A stretch of DNA of 64,000 nucleotides. It comes from Chitinophagales bacterium (GTDB lineage: Bacteria; Bacteroidota; Bacteroidia; Chitinophagales; UBA8649). Made by a program: the position numbers and the translations under genes. The stretch is taken from contig JASJJC010000015.1 in assembly GCA_037624485.1 (NCBI GenBank), forward strand, positions 3,326 to 67,325, in the 5' to 3' direction. Below the pieces are notes generated by a model, which made no database searches, had not been told where the DNA came from, and saw only the letters and a program-made list of their open reading frames with translations. Of this stretch, positions 18,988-28,814 are shown piece by piece. Position 1 is the stretch's first letter. Each line of letters begins with the position of its first letter.

Positions 18988-20442
18988 CTAGTAATAGGTT
19001 AGTCTCCTCACCTTAGCAATATATTTAGCATATCTGATCACCTGATTGGTATATCCAAATTCATTGTCATACCACGCATATAATACAGTTCGCATGCCAC
19101 TTTCTGCTACAATTGTATTCAAGCTATCTATCTCAGTTGCATTAGTGTTGCCCACCACGTCAGTCGATACATGCTCTTCAGAGGCTGCGAAACCTATTTG
19201 CTCGACCAGATCACCGGTTAAAGCTGCTTGCCTAAATATTTCATTCATTTCATCCACGCCACCAGTAACTTTATTTTTAAGGTTAAGGCCTAAAATTGCA
19301 ATGGATGCGTTAGGAGTAGGAACACGAACAGCGCTAGCTGTTAACTTCCCTTTTAAATGAGGGAATATCTTTATGGCTGCTTTTGCTGCACCAGTCGAGG
19401 TTAACACCATATTTAATGCTGCACTTCGACCTCTTCTTGCTTTCTTATGAAAATTGTCGATAAGGTTTTGGTCATTGGTGTAAGCATGGATGGTTTCGAT
19501 ATGACCATCAGTAATTCCATAGTTATCCTCTACTAATTTAAGAATTGGAGCGATGCAGTTGGTTGTGCATGAAGCTGCGGAAAATATAGTTTCATTATCG
19601 ATGTCCACACCTTTATGATTAATTCCATAAACTACGTTTGCAATATCATCGCCTGCCGGAGCTGTTAGCAGCACTTGGCTTGCTCCTTTTGCTTCAAAAT
19701 GCTGTGAGAGCGCTTCTCTATCTTTCCAGATCCCCATGTTATCAATGATAAGGGCATCTTGAATATCATAAGCTGTATAATCGATTTCACTGGGATGATT
19801 TGCATAGATTACTTGAATGGCATTTCCATTCACTAATAATCTGTTGTTTTCATGGTCAACATCTACTGTTCCTGCGATATTGCCATGCACGGAGTCCTTT
19901 CGTAAAAGACTAGCGCGCTTCACAAGGTCATCTTCTCCTTTTTTACGAACTACAATTGCTTTTAATCGCAATTGGCTGCCGGTTCCTACTTTTTCGCTTA
20001 AAATACGCGCTGCCAAACGGCCAATACGACCAAATCCGTATAGAACAACGTCTTTGGCTTTAATCGTGATTTTATCTGATCCAATAAAATTAGCAAGTTT
20101 CACATGGAGGAAGGATTCAATATTACTATAATCAGTACTTTCTTGTTGCCATTCCTTTTCTAATCTACCCAGATCGATTTTTGCAGGTGCTAAATCCATC
20201 GCACAAAGCGCTTTTGCAAATTGTACAGAATTCTCTAATGAAACCTGTATTTTAGCAAAAGTGACTGCATAAGCATGGTCATTAATGACCTCTGTCACAC
20301 CTTTATCTACAAGCTTTCGTCTAAACAGAACTAACTCGACATTTTTATCAAAGTATAAAGTACTTGCATGGGTTATTAGCTCAAGTGCTAATTTTTCCTT
20401 GCTTACCCAATTTTTCAACTCCGAACTGAAACTTGTATTCAT
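18988..20442 (-). CDS. gap: Glyceraldehyde-3-phosphate dehydrogenase, long (about 480 aa) form
   Basis: NAD fold VVLYGFGRIGRL starts near residue 132. Active site ASCTTNC. C-terminal WYDNEFGY. Confidence 0.9.
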   Translation of the reverse strand: MNTSFSSELKNWVSKEKLALELITHASTLYFDKNVELVLFRRKLVDKGVTEVINDHAYAVTFAKIQVSLENSVQFAKALCAMDLAPAKIDLGRLEKEWQQESTDYSNIESFLHVKLANFIGSDKITIKAKDVVLYGFGRIGRLAARILSEKVGTGSQLRLKAIVVRKKGEDDLVKRASLLRKDSVHGNIAGTVDVDHENNRLLVNGNAIQVIYANHPSEIDYTAYDIQDALIIDNMGIWKDREALSQHFEAKGASQVLLTAPAGDDIANVVYGINHKGVDIDNETIFSAASCTTNCIAPILKLVEDNYGITDGHIETIHAYTNDQNLIDNFHKKARRGRSAALNMVLTSTGAAKAAIKIFPHLKGKLTASAVRVPTPNASIAILGLNLKNKVTGGVDEMNEIFRQAALTGDLVEQIGFAASEEHVSTDVVGNTNATEIDSLNTIVAESGMRTVLYAWYDNEFGYTNQVIRYAKYIAKVRRLTYY

Positions 20443-20539
20443 TTTTGTTTTTTACGGTTAATTTTAAAAGAAAAGCCGGAAAATTCATTGAGAATAATCC
20501 GACTTTGCAAAAATATACATTGTGACTAGAAAGACATAA

Positions 20540-21409
20540 CTAATTACCTAAATATGCTTTCAATAATTTACTTCTTGATGTTGTTCTCAGTTTATTTATC
20601 GCTTTATCCTTAATTTGACGAACACGTTCTCTGGTAAGGTCAAATTTGATTCCGATATCCTCTAAACTCATTGGATGTTCAACACCTATACCAAAGTAAA
20701 GCTTTATCACATCCTTTTGACGTTCCGATAGAGTGCTTAAAGAGCGTTCAATTTCGTTTCTAAGTGAATCCTTATATTCAAGGGCTCCATCTGTTTTATC
20801 TGTATTATTATTTTCTAATACATCCAGCAACGAGTTGTCTTCTCCATCTACAAATGGGGCGTCCATAGAAACGTGACGAGCGGCAACACCCAAGGTAGTC
20901 TCTACTTCAGAGGTTTGTAATTCTAAAACTTCTGCTAATTCTTCAGCAGTTGGCTCTCTTTCAAAAGTTTGCTCCAATTCTGAAAATGCTTTGTTAATTT
21001 TATTTAAGGAACCCACTTTATTCAAGGGTAAGCGAACTATTCTACTTTGCTCTGCTAATGCTTGAAGTATGGATTGGCGAATCCACCAAACAGCGTATGA
21101 AATAAATTTAAAGCCTCTCGTTTCATCAAAACGCTGAGCGGCTTTAATCAAACCTAAATTTCCCTCATTGATTAAATCACTTAAGGACAGTCCTTGGTTT
21201 TGATATTGCTTGGCTACTGAGACTACGAAACGAAGATTTGCTTTAGTAAGTTTCTCTAGAGCGATTTGATCTCCTTCTCGAATACGTTGAGCTAAGTCCA
21301 CTTCATCATCAGGAGTAAGTAAATCCACCTTGCCAATTTCTTGAAGATATTTCTCCAGAGATTGCGATTCACGGTTAGTAATGGATTTAGTAATTTTTAA
21401 TTGACGCAT
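20540..21409 (-). CDS. rpoD: Primary RNA polymerase sigma factor (Bacteroidota SigA/RpoD type, 289 aa)
   Basis: Region 2 [18 protein letters not shown] / [12 protein letters not shown] and region 4.2 [18 protein letters not shown]. Confidence 0.95.
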   Translation of the reverse strand: MRQLKITKSITNRESQSLEKYLQEIGKVDLLTPDDEVDLAQRIREGDQIALEKLTKANLRFVVSVAKQYQNQGLSLSDLINEGNLGLIKAAQRFDETRGFKFISYAVWWIRQSILQALAEQSRIVRLPLNKVGSLNKINKAFSELEQTFEREPTAEELAEVLELQTSEVETTLGVAARHVSMDAPFVDGEDNSLLDVLENNNTDKTDGALEYKDSLRNEIERSLSTLSERQKDVIKLYFGIGVEHPMSLEDIGIKFDLTRERVRQIKDKAINKLRTTSRSKLLKAYLGN

Positions 21410-21444
21410 CTACAATTTGATTTTAGTGAATTCTGACTAGTAGG

Positions 21445-21452
21445 CAAAGATA
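21445..21452 (-). promoter_or_regulatory. Bacteroidota-type -7 promoter box for rpoD
   Basis: The minus strand reads TATCTTTG, 36 nt upstream of the rpoD ATG at 21409. Confidence 0.4.
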
Positions 21453-21589
21453 AGTTAAAACCTACTGTATTTCAACTTTTAAGTCATCTAAAATATTGTT
21501 TAAAACTGTTAAGTTTTGCACATTTCAAAATTTAATTTGCTTTTTACATACAATTTTAGCTATAATTGCAATCTTAACACAAGCATCGA

Positions 21590-21970
21590 ATGGCGAAAAC
21601 AAAATACACAAGCGAATTTATGGTGAGGTCTTCACCCGCTATATTATATAATTTTTTAACATCAGCATCGTCTCTTGCTCAATGGTTTTGCGACACCTGT
21701 GATATCAATGGGGATGTTTACACGTTTGGATGGGATGGATATGAGGAAAATGCTGTCCTTGAGGAAACTGAAGACGATAAGTATGTTAAATATAGCTGGG
21801 AAGATGCAGATGATCCCGATGAGTATTTTGAGTTTAAAATATATAAATCGGAGATTAGCAATGATACGGTTTTAACTATCACTGATTTTGCAGATAAAGA
21901 AGATGTTGACGATCAGAAATTACTCTGGGAGAGTCAGATAGATACCCTAAGCAAGCGAATCGGCGCTTAA
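21590..21970 (+). CDS. START-like/SRPBCC-fold small acidic protein
   Basis: 126 aa. The pattern SSPAILYNFLTSASSLAQWF...FGW...Y resembles START-like domain proteins common in Bacteroidota. Not verified. Confidence 0.45.
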   Translation: MAKTKYTSEFMVRSSPAILYNFLTSASSLAQWFCDTCDINGDVYTFGWDGYEENAVLEETEDDKYVKYSWEDADDPDEYFEFKIYKSEISNDTVLTITDFADKEDVDDQKLLWESQIDTLSKRIGA

Positions 21971-22004
21971 GCAAACACGAATTATAAAATCGTACCTTCA
22001 TTTA

Positions 22005-23435
22005 GTGAAAAAGCTAGATAAACTTCTTGTATTAAGTTATTTAGGACCCTTACTCCTTACTTTCTGTATAGCGCTTTTTGTGTTAGATATGATGTTCTTG
22101 TGGAAGTATGTCGACGATTTAATTGGTAAGGGAATTAGCGGAGGGGTATTAGCTGAACTTATGTTTTTTGCCTCAGCAGTTCAAGTTCCTATGGCTTTTC
22201 CTTTAGCAGTTTTGGTCGCATCGATTATGACTTTTGGAAGTTTCGGAGAGCAATTTGAATTAACGGCTGTCAAAGCTTCCGGCATATCACTTTTCCGTTT
22301 CATGCGTCCGCTAATTATTTTCACCATTTTTATGAGTCTTGGGGCATTTTATTTTTCTAATAATGTGCTTCCAGTTGCTAATTTGGAGTTTTCTACTCTG
22401 CTTAGTGATATTCGTAAGCAGAAACCAGCACTGGCTTTTCAAGAGAAGATATTTAATAATGATATTAAGGATTACAGTATTCGCGTCAATGGGAAGAGCG
22501 CGGATGATAAAACAGTTTATGACATCATGATTTATGACCACACTGAAAATCGAGGAAATAATCATGTGATACTTGCCGATAGTGCAGAATTTGGGTATCT
22601 AAATGATGGTGCGGTGATGTCTATTTCTTTGTATAACGGCAGCCAGTACAAAGAAGAGACTATGCCAATCGAACTAAATGTCCCTGCCAAATTGATGACG
22701 ACCAAATACAAATCTTGGGAAAAGCATTTTGATTTATCAGAGTTTAAATTGGAACGTCAAGACCAGACATCTTTCACTAAATTACATCGTATGTTGAATC
22801 TGCGGCAATTGAAGAATGGAGCGGATTCAGTGCTTTCTGCAATGGAAGATGAACGCAAATTGATGATGACTAATATTGGTAGATATTATCTTTTTCTGAA
22901 AGAAAAAGAAGATACTAGTGACTTGTACAAGCAAGAATTATTGTCTTTAGATTTTTACAGTGAGTACGATAGTTTGCCCTACACGCAGAAACTGAACGTG
23001 ATCAATTCTTCCTTGATAAAAGCGCGAAACATGAAGAATATTTTGGTAAGCAAGGAAGAAATGTTGCGTTTTAAATTTAAGGATCTGATTCAATATCGTT
23101 TGTACATGCATCAAAAATTCACCTTGTCCGTGGCATGCCTAGTTTTATTTTTTATTGGAGCACCGCTGGGTGCAATAATTAAAAAAGGTGGGTTTGGATG
23201 GCCGATGTTGCTCGCCGTTATTTTCTTTGTAGTTTATATCGTAACATCCATTATGGGTGAGAAGACTGCAGAACAGATGGTTCTAACTCCTTGGCAAGGA
23301 ATGTGGCTGTCTACATTTTTGTTATCACCAATAGGGATATTTTTAACTTGGAAAGCTAAGAATGATTCGCCTATATTTACGGGGAGATTTTACAAGAATT
23401 TATTCTTGCTTAAAAAGAAAGTGTCACGTGATTAG
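22005..23435 (+). CDS. LptF/LptG-family permease (YjgP/YjgQ)
   Basis: GTG start. N-terminus MKKLDKLLVLSYLGPLLLTFCIALFVLDMMFL, with 3 + 3 TM segments flanking a periplasmic domain of about 200 aa. Confidence 0.8.
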   Translation: MKKLDKLLVLSYLGPLLLTFCIALFVLDMMFLWKYVDDLIGKGISGGVLAELMFFASAVQVPMAFPLAVLVASIMTFGSFGEQFELTAVKASGISLFRFMRPLIIFTIFMSLGAFYFSNNVLPVANLEFSTLLSDIRKQKPALAFQEKIFNNDIKDYSIRVNGKSADDKTVYDIMIYDHTENRGNNHVILADSAEFGYLNDGAVMSISLYNGSQYKEETMPIELNVPAKLMTTKYKSWEKHFDLSEFKLERQDQTSFTKLHRMLNLRQLKNGADSVLSAMEDERKLMMTNIGRYYLFLKEKEDTSDLYKQELLSLDFYSEYDSLPYTQKLNVINSSLIKARNMKNILVSKEEMLRFKFKDLIQYRLYMHQKFTLSVACLVLFFIGAPLGAIIKKGGFGWPMLLAVIFFVVYIVTSIMGEKTAEQMVLTPWQGMWLSTFLLSPIGIFLTWKAKNDSPIFTGRFYKNLFLLKKKVSRD

Positions 23436-24078
23436 TGTTTTAAAAAAGACTGCCGGATTTTATTTACCTTTTATTTTGTTTATCGGAATAGGTGGGGTGC
23501 ATTTAGCTTTTAATTATTCAGATGGGCTATGGGTGCTATGGTTTTGTGAGCATTTCGATATCACCCGATATGAAATGTTTTCATGGTTCACATTACTTGG
23601 AGAACCTCAAGTTTTAATTCCATTGGCGTTAATTTTCTTTTTGTTTAATTTTGGTCGAGGTGTTTTCGTGGTTTCAACTTGGTTTATTGCCTCTGCAGTT
23701 ACCATTATTTTGAAGGGTATTATCGCTAACCATAGACCAGCATATTACTTTGAAGACATTTTCATTTCCTGTGCAGGGGAATTATCGCTGTGGTATAATT
23801 TGAGTACGCCTTCGGGGCATACGACGGCGGCATTTGCGTTTTTTGCGGCTTTGGCCATTACGACTAAAAATAAAGGGGTACAGCTTGTTTTTCTTCTTGT
23901 AGCTCTGCTCGCGGGCCTGAGCCGATTAGTACTATTTATGCATTACTTTTATGATGTTTACTTCGGAGCTATTATAGGTGCCGCATGTGCGCTAATTGTA
24001 TGGTGGTGCTTAAATAATAACGACCGGTTGAAGTTCGTCCTGTGGAAAAATAATACATATCGAGATCTTAGAAAATGA
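23428..24078 (+). CDS. PAP2-family phosphatase (membrane)
   Basis: Motifs KGIIANHRP, PSGH and SRLVLFMHYFYD. The probable GTG start at 23428 overlaps the upstream stop by 8 nt. The ORF-track start at 23362 lies inside the previous gene. Confidence 0.75.
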   Translation: MISVLKKTAGFYLPFILFIGIGGVHLAFNYSDGLWVLWFCEHFDITRYEMFSWFTLLGEPQVLIPLALIFFLFNFGRGVFVVSTWFIASAVTIILKGIIANHRPAYYFEDIFISCAGELSLWYNLSTPSGHTTAAFAFFAALAITTKNKGVQLVFLLVALLAGLSRLVLFMHYFYDVYFGAIIGAACALIVWWCLNNNDRLKFVLWKNNTYRDLRK

Positions 24079-25739
24079 AATGGCTAGATAAAATACCGTA
24101 TAAATTATTGCTTGTATTGATTGGGGCGTTACTGTTTATCCCTTTCTTAGGCAATGTTCCATTATTTGATTGGGACGAAATCAATTTTGCAGAGTCCGCG
24201 CGAGAAATGCTAATTTCTGGTAATTATCTTCAAATTCAAATCGATTATCAAGCATTTGCTGAGAAACCACCATTTTTTATTTGGTTGCAGGTGATTAGTA
24301 TGAAGTTTTTTGGTGTTAATGAGTTTGCTGCAAGGCTACCTAATGCGCTTATCGGTATTGTTACCATGCTCACTTTGCTTGCTATTGGTAAGCGAGTTAA
24401 AGACAAGTATTTTGGAGCACTTTGGGCGCTTGTATATGTTTCTTCTTTCTTGCCTCATTTCTACTTCAAATCGGCTTTAATAGACCCTGTATTCAATCTC
24501 TTTATTTTTACAGGAATTTATTTCGCAAGTAAATTAACTGAGAATGATGAATTTACTGCTAAAAAGAGACGAAGAAAAATTCGGAATAAAGCGGTGTTCT
24601 ATGCAGGCTTATTCATCGGTTTGGCAGTTCTTACCAAAGGTCCAGTGGGATTGATTCTTTTTTCTTTGACCTATCTCATGCTTTTTACTTTAAGTCGTTT
24701 TAAGCGATTAAATAATCTGTGGGAGATGGTTTATTTCGGGATAATTTGTTTGGCAACGATTTCTGTTTGGTATGGATTGGAGTGGTATGTTCATGGACCT
24801 GCTTTCATGGATGGGTTTTTGCAACGGCACATCGATTTACTTACAACAGCTGATGCGGGTCACGGTGGTCCATTTTTTTACCATTTCTTGGTTTTGTTGT
24901 TCGGCTGCTTTCCAGCTTCTGTTTTTATGTTTGGTGCTTTAAAGAAGCATGATTTTGCCACTCACTTGTTGCAAAATTTTCAAAAATGGATGCTAAGCTT
25001 ACTAATAGTGATTTTACTCGTGTTTAGTTTGGTACAAACGAAGGTTATCCATTACTCTTCTCTGGCTTATTTCCCGATTACATTTTTTGCTACATACTTT
25101 ATCTATTACTTGCTGGAAGGGGAAAGAAAGTGGCGATGGTATCATGCTACATTATTTTTGTTTATTGGGGTTGTCTGGGGGGCAGCTATTGCCCTTGTAC
25201 CGGTGCTAGGGCTTAATACGGATGTAATTGTAGGGATGATAAACGGAAAGGACCCTTTCGCTATTGCAAATCTTAAAGCACAGGTTTATTGGTCGTATTA
25301 CGATACGATTTATGGGCTGAGTTACATTTTCGTATTAATTTTTGCAGGGGTAATGTTTGCATTAAGGAATTTGCGAATAGGAGTCGCTACGTTGTTTATA
25401 AGTTCTTGTATGCTCATTCAATTGGTGGTAATTTTGTTTACACCTCGAATTGAGAAATATACGCAAGATGCGGCGATAGAATTCTACAAAGAGAAGGCAG
25501 TTGAAGAGTGTTATATTCAGACTTTGGGATTTAAAAGTTACGCACCCTTGTTTTATGGGGAGAAATCTCATGATTTAAAACCTCTTTCAACAGAAACCTT
25601 GTTAAATGAATACGTTAAGGAGGCTGTTTATTTTGTTTCTAAAATAGATCGAAAAGATGAGTATTTGGAAATGTATCCTCAATTGGAGCTTTTAAGAGAG
25701 AAAAATGGCTTTGTTTTTTATCGTAAACGAGTCTATTAA
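24075..25739 (+). CDS. ArnT-like glycosyltransferase family 39 membrane protein
   Basis: First-loop motif PLFDWDEINFAESAREM, more than 10 TM segments, and an ATGA start/stop overlap with the PAP2 gene. Confidence 0.8.
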   Translation: MKWLDKIPYKLLLVLIGALLFIPFLGNVPLFDWDEINFAESAREMLISGNYLQIQIDYQAFAEKPPFFIWLQVISMKFFGVNEFAARLPNALIGIVTMLTLLAIGKRVKDKYFGALWALVYVSSFLPHFYFKSALIDPVFNLFIFTGIYFASKLTENDEFTAKKRRRKIRNKAVFYAGLFIGLAVLTKGPVGLILFSLTYLMLFTLSRFKRLNNLWEMVYFGIICLATISVWYGLEWYVHGPAFMDGFLQRHIDLLTTADAGHGGPFFYHFLVLLFGCFPASVFMFGALKKHDFATHLLQNFQKWMLSLLIVILLVFSLVQTKVIHYSSLAYFPITFFATYFIYYLLEGERKWRWYHATLFLFIGVVWGAAIALVPVLGLNTDVIVGMINGKDPFAIANLKAQVYWSYYDTIYGLSYIFVLIFAGVMFALRNLRIGVATLFISSCMLIQLVVILFTPRIEKYTQDAAIEFYKEKAVEECYIQTLGFKSYAPLFYGEKSHDLKPLSTETLLNEYVKEAVYFVSKIDRKDEYLEMYPQLELLREKNGFVFYRKRVY

Positions 25740-25859
25740 TGTTTAGCATTGGTGGGTATCGGGAGTAGTTTGATGAAGGATTTGAAATGGGAATATTTTT
25801 GAGTGTGATAAACTCGCAATTTTTTCAAGAAAACATTTTCCTTTTAAAAATAAAACATT

Positions 25860-25867
25860 TACCTTTG
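25860..25867 (+). promoter_or_regulatory. Bacteroidota-type -7 promoter box for rplU-rpmA
   Basis: TACCTTTG lies 21 nt upstream of the rplU ATG at 25888. Confidence 0.5.
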
Positions 25868-25887
25868 CAAGCCAAAATTAAAGAGAA

Positions 25888-26193
25888 ATGTACGCAATAG
25901 TAGAAATAGCTGGACAACAATTTAAAGTAGAAGAAGGTAAGCAAATATTTGTTCACCGTCTTGAAGGTAATGAAGGCGATAAGGTTGAATTTAACCAAGT
26001 TTTGTTCAAAGCTGACGGTGATAAAGTAAGTGTAGGTACGCCGACATTGAAATCAAAGGTTTCTGCGAAGATTGTAGAACATTTGAAAGGCGATAAAGTA
26101 ATCGTTTTCAAAAAGAAAAGAAGAAAAGGATATAAAGTGAAAAACGGTCATAGACAATATTTGACCAAAGTAGCTATTGAAAAAATTTCGTAA
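25888..26193 (+). CDS. rplU: 50S ribosomal protein L21
   Basis: MYAIVEIAGQQFKVEEGK...HRQ.LTKV, the canonical L21 pattern. Confidence 0.95.
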   Translation: MYAIVEIAGQQFKVEEGKQIFVHRLEGNEGDKVEFNQVLFKADGDKVSVGTPTLKSKVSAKIVEHLKGDKVIVFKKKRRKGYKVKNGHRQYLTKVAIEKIS

Positions 26194-26215
26194 GAAAAAT
26201 AAAAAATAAAAAAAA

Positions 26216-26650
26216 ATGGCTCACAAGAAAGGTCAAGGTAGTTCTAGGAACGGACGTGAATCGGAAAGTAAGAGATTAGGAGTGAAATTGTTTGGAGGTC
26301 AAACAGCTATTCCTGGGAATATATTAGTCCGTCAAAGAGGAACGAAATTCCATGCGGGTACCGGAGTGGGTATGGGGAAAGATCACACTTTGTTCGCAAA
26401 AGATGTTGGTTTAGTTACCTTTTCTACCAAGAAAGGAAACAGGAGATATATTTCTGTACTTCCTGTTCAATCAGAAGCAGTTGTTAAGGAAGTTGTAAAG
26501 AAAAAAGCAGCACCTAAGAAAATTGAAAAAGTAGAAGCAGCACCTAAGAAAGCACCTGCTGCCAAGAAAGTGGCTGCTCCAAAGGCTGAGAAAGCGCCTG
26601 CTGCCAAGAAAGCACCTGCTGCCAAGAAAGCCAAGAAAGGTGATGAGTAG
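26216..26650 (+). CDS. rpmA: 50S ribosomal protein L27 with a Lys/Ala/Pro-rich C-terminal extension of about 55 aa
   Basis: [28 protein letters not shown]...[15 protein letters not shown] is canonical L27. Residues from about 90 to 144 read [49 protein letters not shown]. Confidence 0.9.
   Translation: MAHKKGQGSSRNGRESESKRLGVKLFGGQTAIPGNILVRQRGTKFHAGTGVGMGKDHTLFAKDVGLVTFSTKKGNRRYISVLPVQSEAVVKEVVKKKAAPKKIEKVEAAPKKAPAAKKVAAPKAEKAPAAKKAPAAKKAKKGDE
26507..26630 (+). repeat. Imperfect tandem coding repeats inside the rpmA tail
   Basis: GCAGCACCTAAGAAA occurs at 26507 and 26537. GCACCTGCTGCCAAGAAAG occurs at 26552 and 26612. GCGCCTGCTGCCAAGAAAG occurs at 26594. Confidence 0.6.
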
Positions 26651-26730
26651 ATAATATTGAATGGATAGGATCTGGCTTTAAAAGAGATTTAATGCCTAAT
26701 TCTTACAATCAAATTTTATAGATTAAAATA

Positions 26731-26760
26731 AAGGCTCTTGATAGGAGCCTTTTACTTTTT
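26731..26760 (+). terminator. Rho-independent terminator after rpmA
   Basis: Stem AAGGCTC (26731-26737) / GAGCCTT (26745-26751), 7-nt loop, then TTACTTTTT. Confidence 0.55.
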
Positions 26761-26762
26761 AT

Positions 26763-27179
26763 ATGAGTAGAATATTAGCTATAGATTATGGTAAACGTCG
26801 AGTTGGTGTAGCTGTGACAGATCCCTTGCAAATCATTTGTACGGGGCTTCCTACGGTCCCAAATAAGGAAATATTTACGTTTATAAAGAACTATTTGGCT
26901 AGCGAAGAAGTTGAATCCTTTGTGATTGGTGAGTCTAAGAACTTGGATAATACCAAATCACAAGTAGCAGATGACATAGAATCATTTGCAAAAAAGTTAG
27001 AGAAACAATACCCTCACATACCTATTCATTGGGTCGATGAAAGATTTACATCCAAAATGGCTAAACAAAGTATGTTGATGAGTGGAATGAAAAAGAAAAA
27101 GAGAAGGCAAAAAGAGATTGTAGACGAAATTAGTGCTACAATAATTCTTCAAACTTACTTGGAAAAAACGCAGTTATGA
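26763..27179 (+). CDS. ruvX: Holliday-junction-resolvase-like protein RuvX (YqgF)
   Basis: RILAIDYGKRRVGVAVTD and VDERFTS; 138 aa. Confidence 0.9.
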   Translation: MSRILAIDYGKRRVGVAVTDPLQIICTGLPTVPNKEIFTFIKNYLASEEVESFVIGESKNLDNTKSQVADDIESFAKKLEKQYPHIPIHWVDERFTSKMAKQSMLMSGMKKKKRRQKEIVDEISATIILQTYLEKTQL

Positions 27180-27739
27180 TATTACCTATAATCGCTTATG
27201 GAGATCCTGTTTTAAAGCGAATCGCTGATGAAATTGACGCAGACTACCCTGGATTACAAGAATTGATTAGCCATATGGAAGAAAGTATGGAACATGCTAG
27301 TGGTGTTGGACTCGCAGCTCCACAAATTGGTAAATCTATTCGACTTTTTTTGGTTGATAGTACCTTAATGATGGACGAAGGGGAAGAGGAGAATGGCATA
27401 CAAGAAGTATTTATCAACGCTGAAATAATAGAGGAAAAAGGAGAAGAATGGGCCTTTGAGGAGGGTTGCTTGAGCATTCCTGACATTCGAGAAGATATCT
27501 TACGTAAAGACACTATTACCATCAAATATTTTGACAAGGAGTTTAAAGAACATACAAAGACCTTTGATGGGCTCACCGCTCGGGTTATTCAACATGAATA
27601 TGACCATATCGAAGGGGTATTGTTCGTGGATTATCTGAAGCCCTTAAAAAAGAAGTTACTCCAAAAAAGACTAAGAAGAATTAGTGAGGGGAAAATTAGT
27701 GTAAAGTATAGAATGCGATTTCCGAAGCTTGCTCGTTAG
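27176..27739 (+). CDS. def: Peptide deformylase
   Basis: GVGLAAPQIG, EGCLSIP and QHEYDHIEG. ATGA overlap with ruvX. Confidence 0.95.
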   Translation: MILPIIAYGDPVLKRIADEIDADYPGLQELISHMEESMEHASGVGLAAPQIGKSIRLFLVDSTLMMDEGEEENGIQEVFINAEIIEEKGEEWAFEEGCLSIPDIREDILRKDTITIKYFDKEFKEHTKTFDGLTARVIQHEYDHIEGVLFVDYLKPLKKKLLQKRLRRISEGKISVKYRMRFPKLAR

Positions 27740-27743
27740 AGAT

Positions 27744-28814
27744 TTAATCCATTTTACGGGCCTTATACCGCTTTTTACTTTTCTTCAGCTTATCTGCGGT
27801 AATCTCCGTGTATTCAGATCTGTTTTTAAAGATATCTATAGCTGCAAATAAAGCATTGCGCATGGATCGCTCAGATGCTAAGTTTTTACCTGCGATATCA
27901 TAAGCTGTGCCATGGTCAGGAGATGTTCGTACCAAGTCTATCCCACCTGTATAATTGACTCCATCATCAAAGGTAAGTGCTTTAAACGGAGCTAAACCCT
28001 GATCGTGATAAATAGCTAATATAGCATCAAAGTTTTTGTAGTTTCCTGACCCAAATAAGCCATCAGCAGCATAGGGTCCTAATGCTAAAATCCCATTCCT
28101 GTAACTTTGATTAATAGCAGGAATAAGTATTTCTAATTCCTCAGAACCAATAAGTCCTTTATCTCCAGCATGCGGATTTAATGATAAAACAGCAATCTTG
28201 GGTTTGTTGATAAAGAAGTCTTTAATAAGGGATTTATTTAGTTGCTCAATTTTATTCTGCACAATGATTTTTGTCAATTTACTAGAAATCTCATTTACAG
28301 GTATATGGTTAGTCACTAAGCCTAGTCGTAGGTTTTCCGCAAATAAAATCATAATACTATCCTCTGCACCTGTGAATGCTGCAATGTATTCCGTATGGCC
28401 TGAAAACTTGCCTTCTGCTGCCTTTGCTACTGTACTTTTGTTAATCGGAGCCGTGAGAATCGCATCTATTTTTCCATCTTTCCAATCAACCAATGCCTTG
28501 TCTATTGCATTTAATGCATATTGACCCGCAATTTCTGTTTCCTCGCCAACTTCAATGACGGGTATTTCATCAATAGTACTAACTACATTTGTCTGCTTTT
28601 CCATAAGCTTAGACCAATCGGTGAGTTTGCTATATCTAAATTTAGTGTTGTCTAATAACTTCTTGTAATGTGATAAAACTCTTGTAGATCCATAGACCAC
28701 GGGTGTGCAATATTGGTAAATCTTTTCATTCGAGAGCATTTTAATAATAATCTCTGGACCTACACCATTAATGTCTCCGATCGTTATCCCTATTTTTGGT
28801 TTTATATCTTGCAT
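27744..28814 (-). CDS. pdxA: 4-hydroxythreonine-4-phosphate dehydrogenase PdxA
   Basis: GDINGVGPEI, SGHTEY, NPHAGD and SPDHGTAYDIAGK. Confidence 0.9.
   Translation of the reverse strand: MQDIKPKIGITIGDINGVGPEIIIKMLSNEKIYQYCTPVVYGSTRVLSHYKKLLDNTKFRYSKLTDWSKLMEKQTNVVSTIDEIPVIEVGEETEIAGQYALNAIDKALVDWKDGKIDAILTAPINKSTVAKAAEGKFSGHTEYIAAFTGAEDSIMILFAENLRLGLVTNHIPVNEISSKLTKIIVQNKIEQLNKSLIKDFFINKPKIAVLSLNPHAGDKGLIGSEELEILIPAINQSYRNGILALGPYAADGLFGSGNYKNFDAILAIYHDQGLAPFKALTFDDGVNYTGGIDLVRTSPDHGTAYDIAGKNLASERSMRNALFAAIDIFKNRSEYTEITADKLKKSKKRYKARKMD

Noticed and set aside
26507-26630. Short direct DNA repeats that could be mistaken for a mini CRISPR or VNTR locus
   Set aside because: They are in frame within rpmA and encode the AAPKK/PAAKK tail. 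The units are 15-19 nt and contiguous, without unique spacers.
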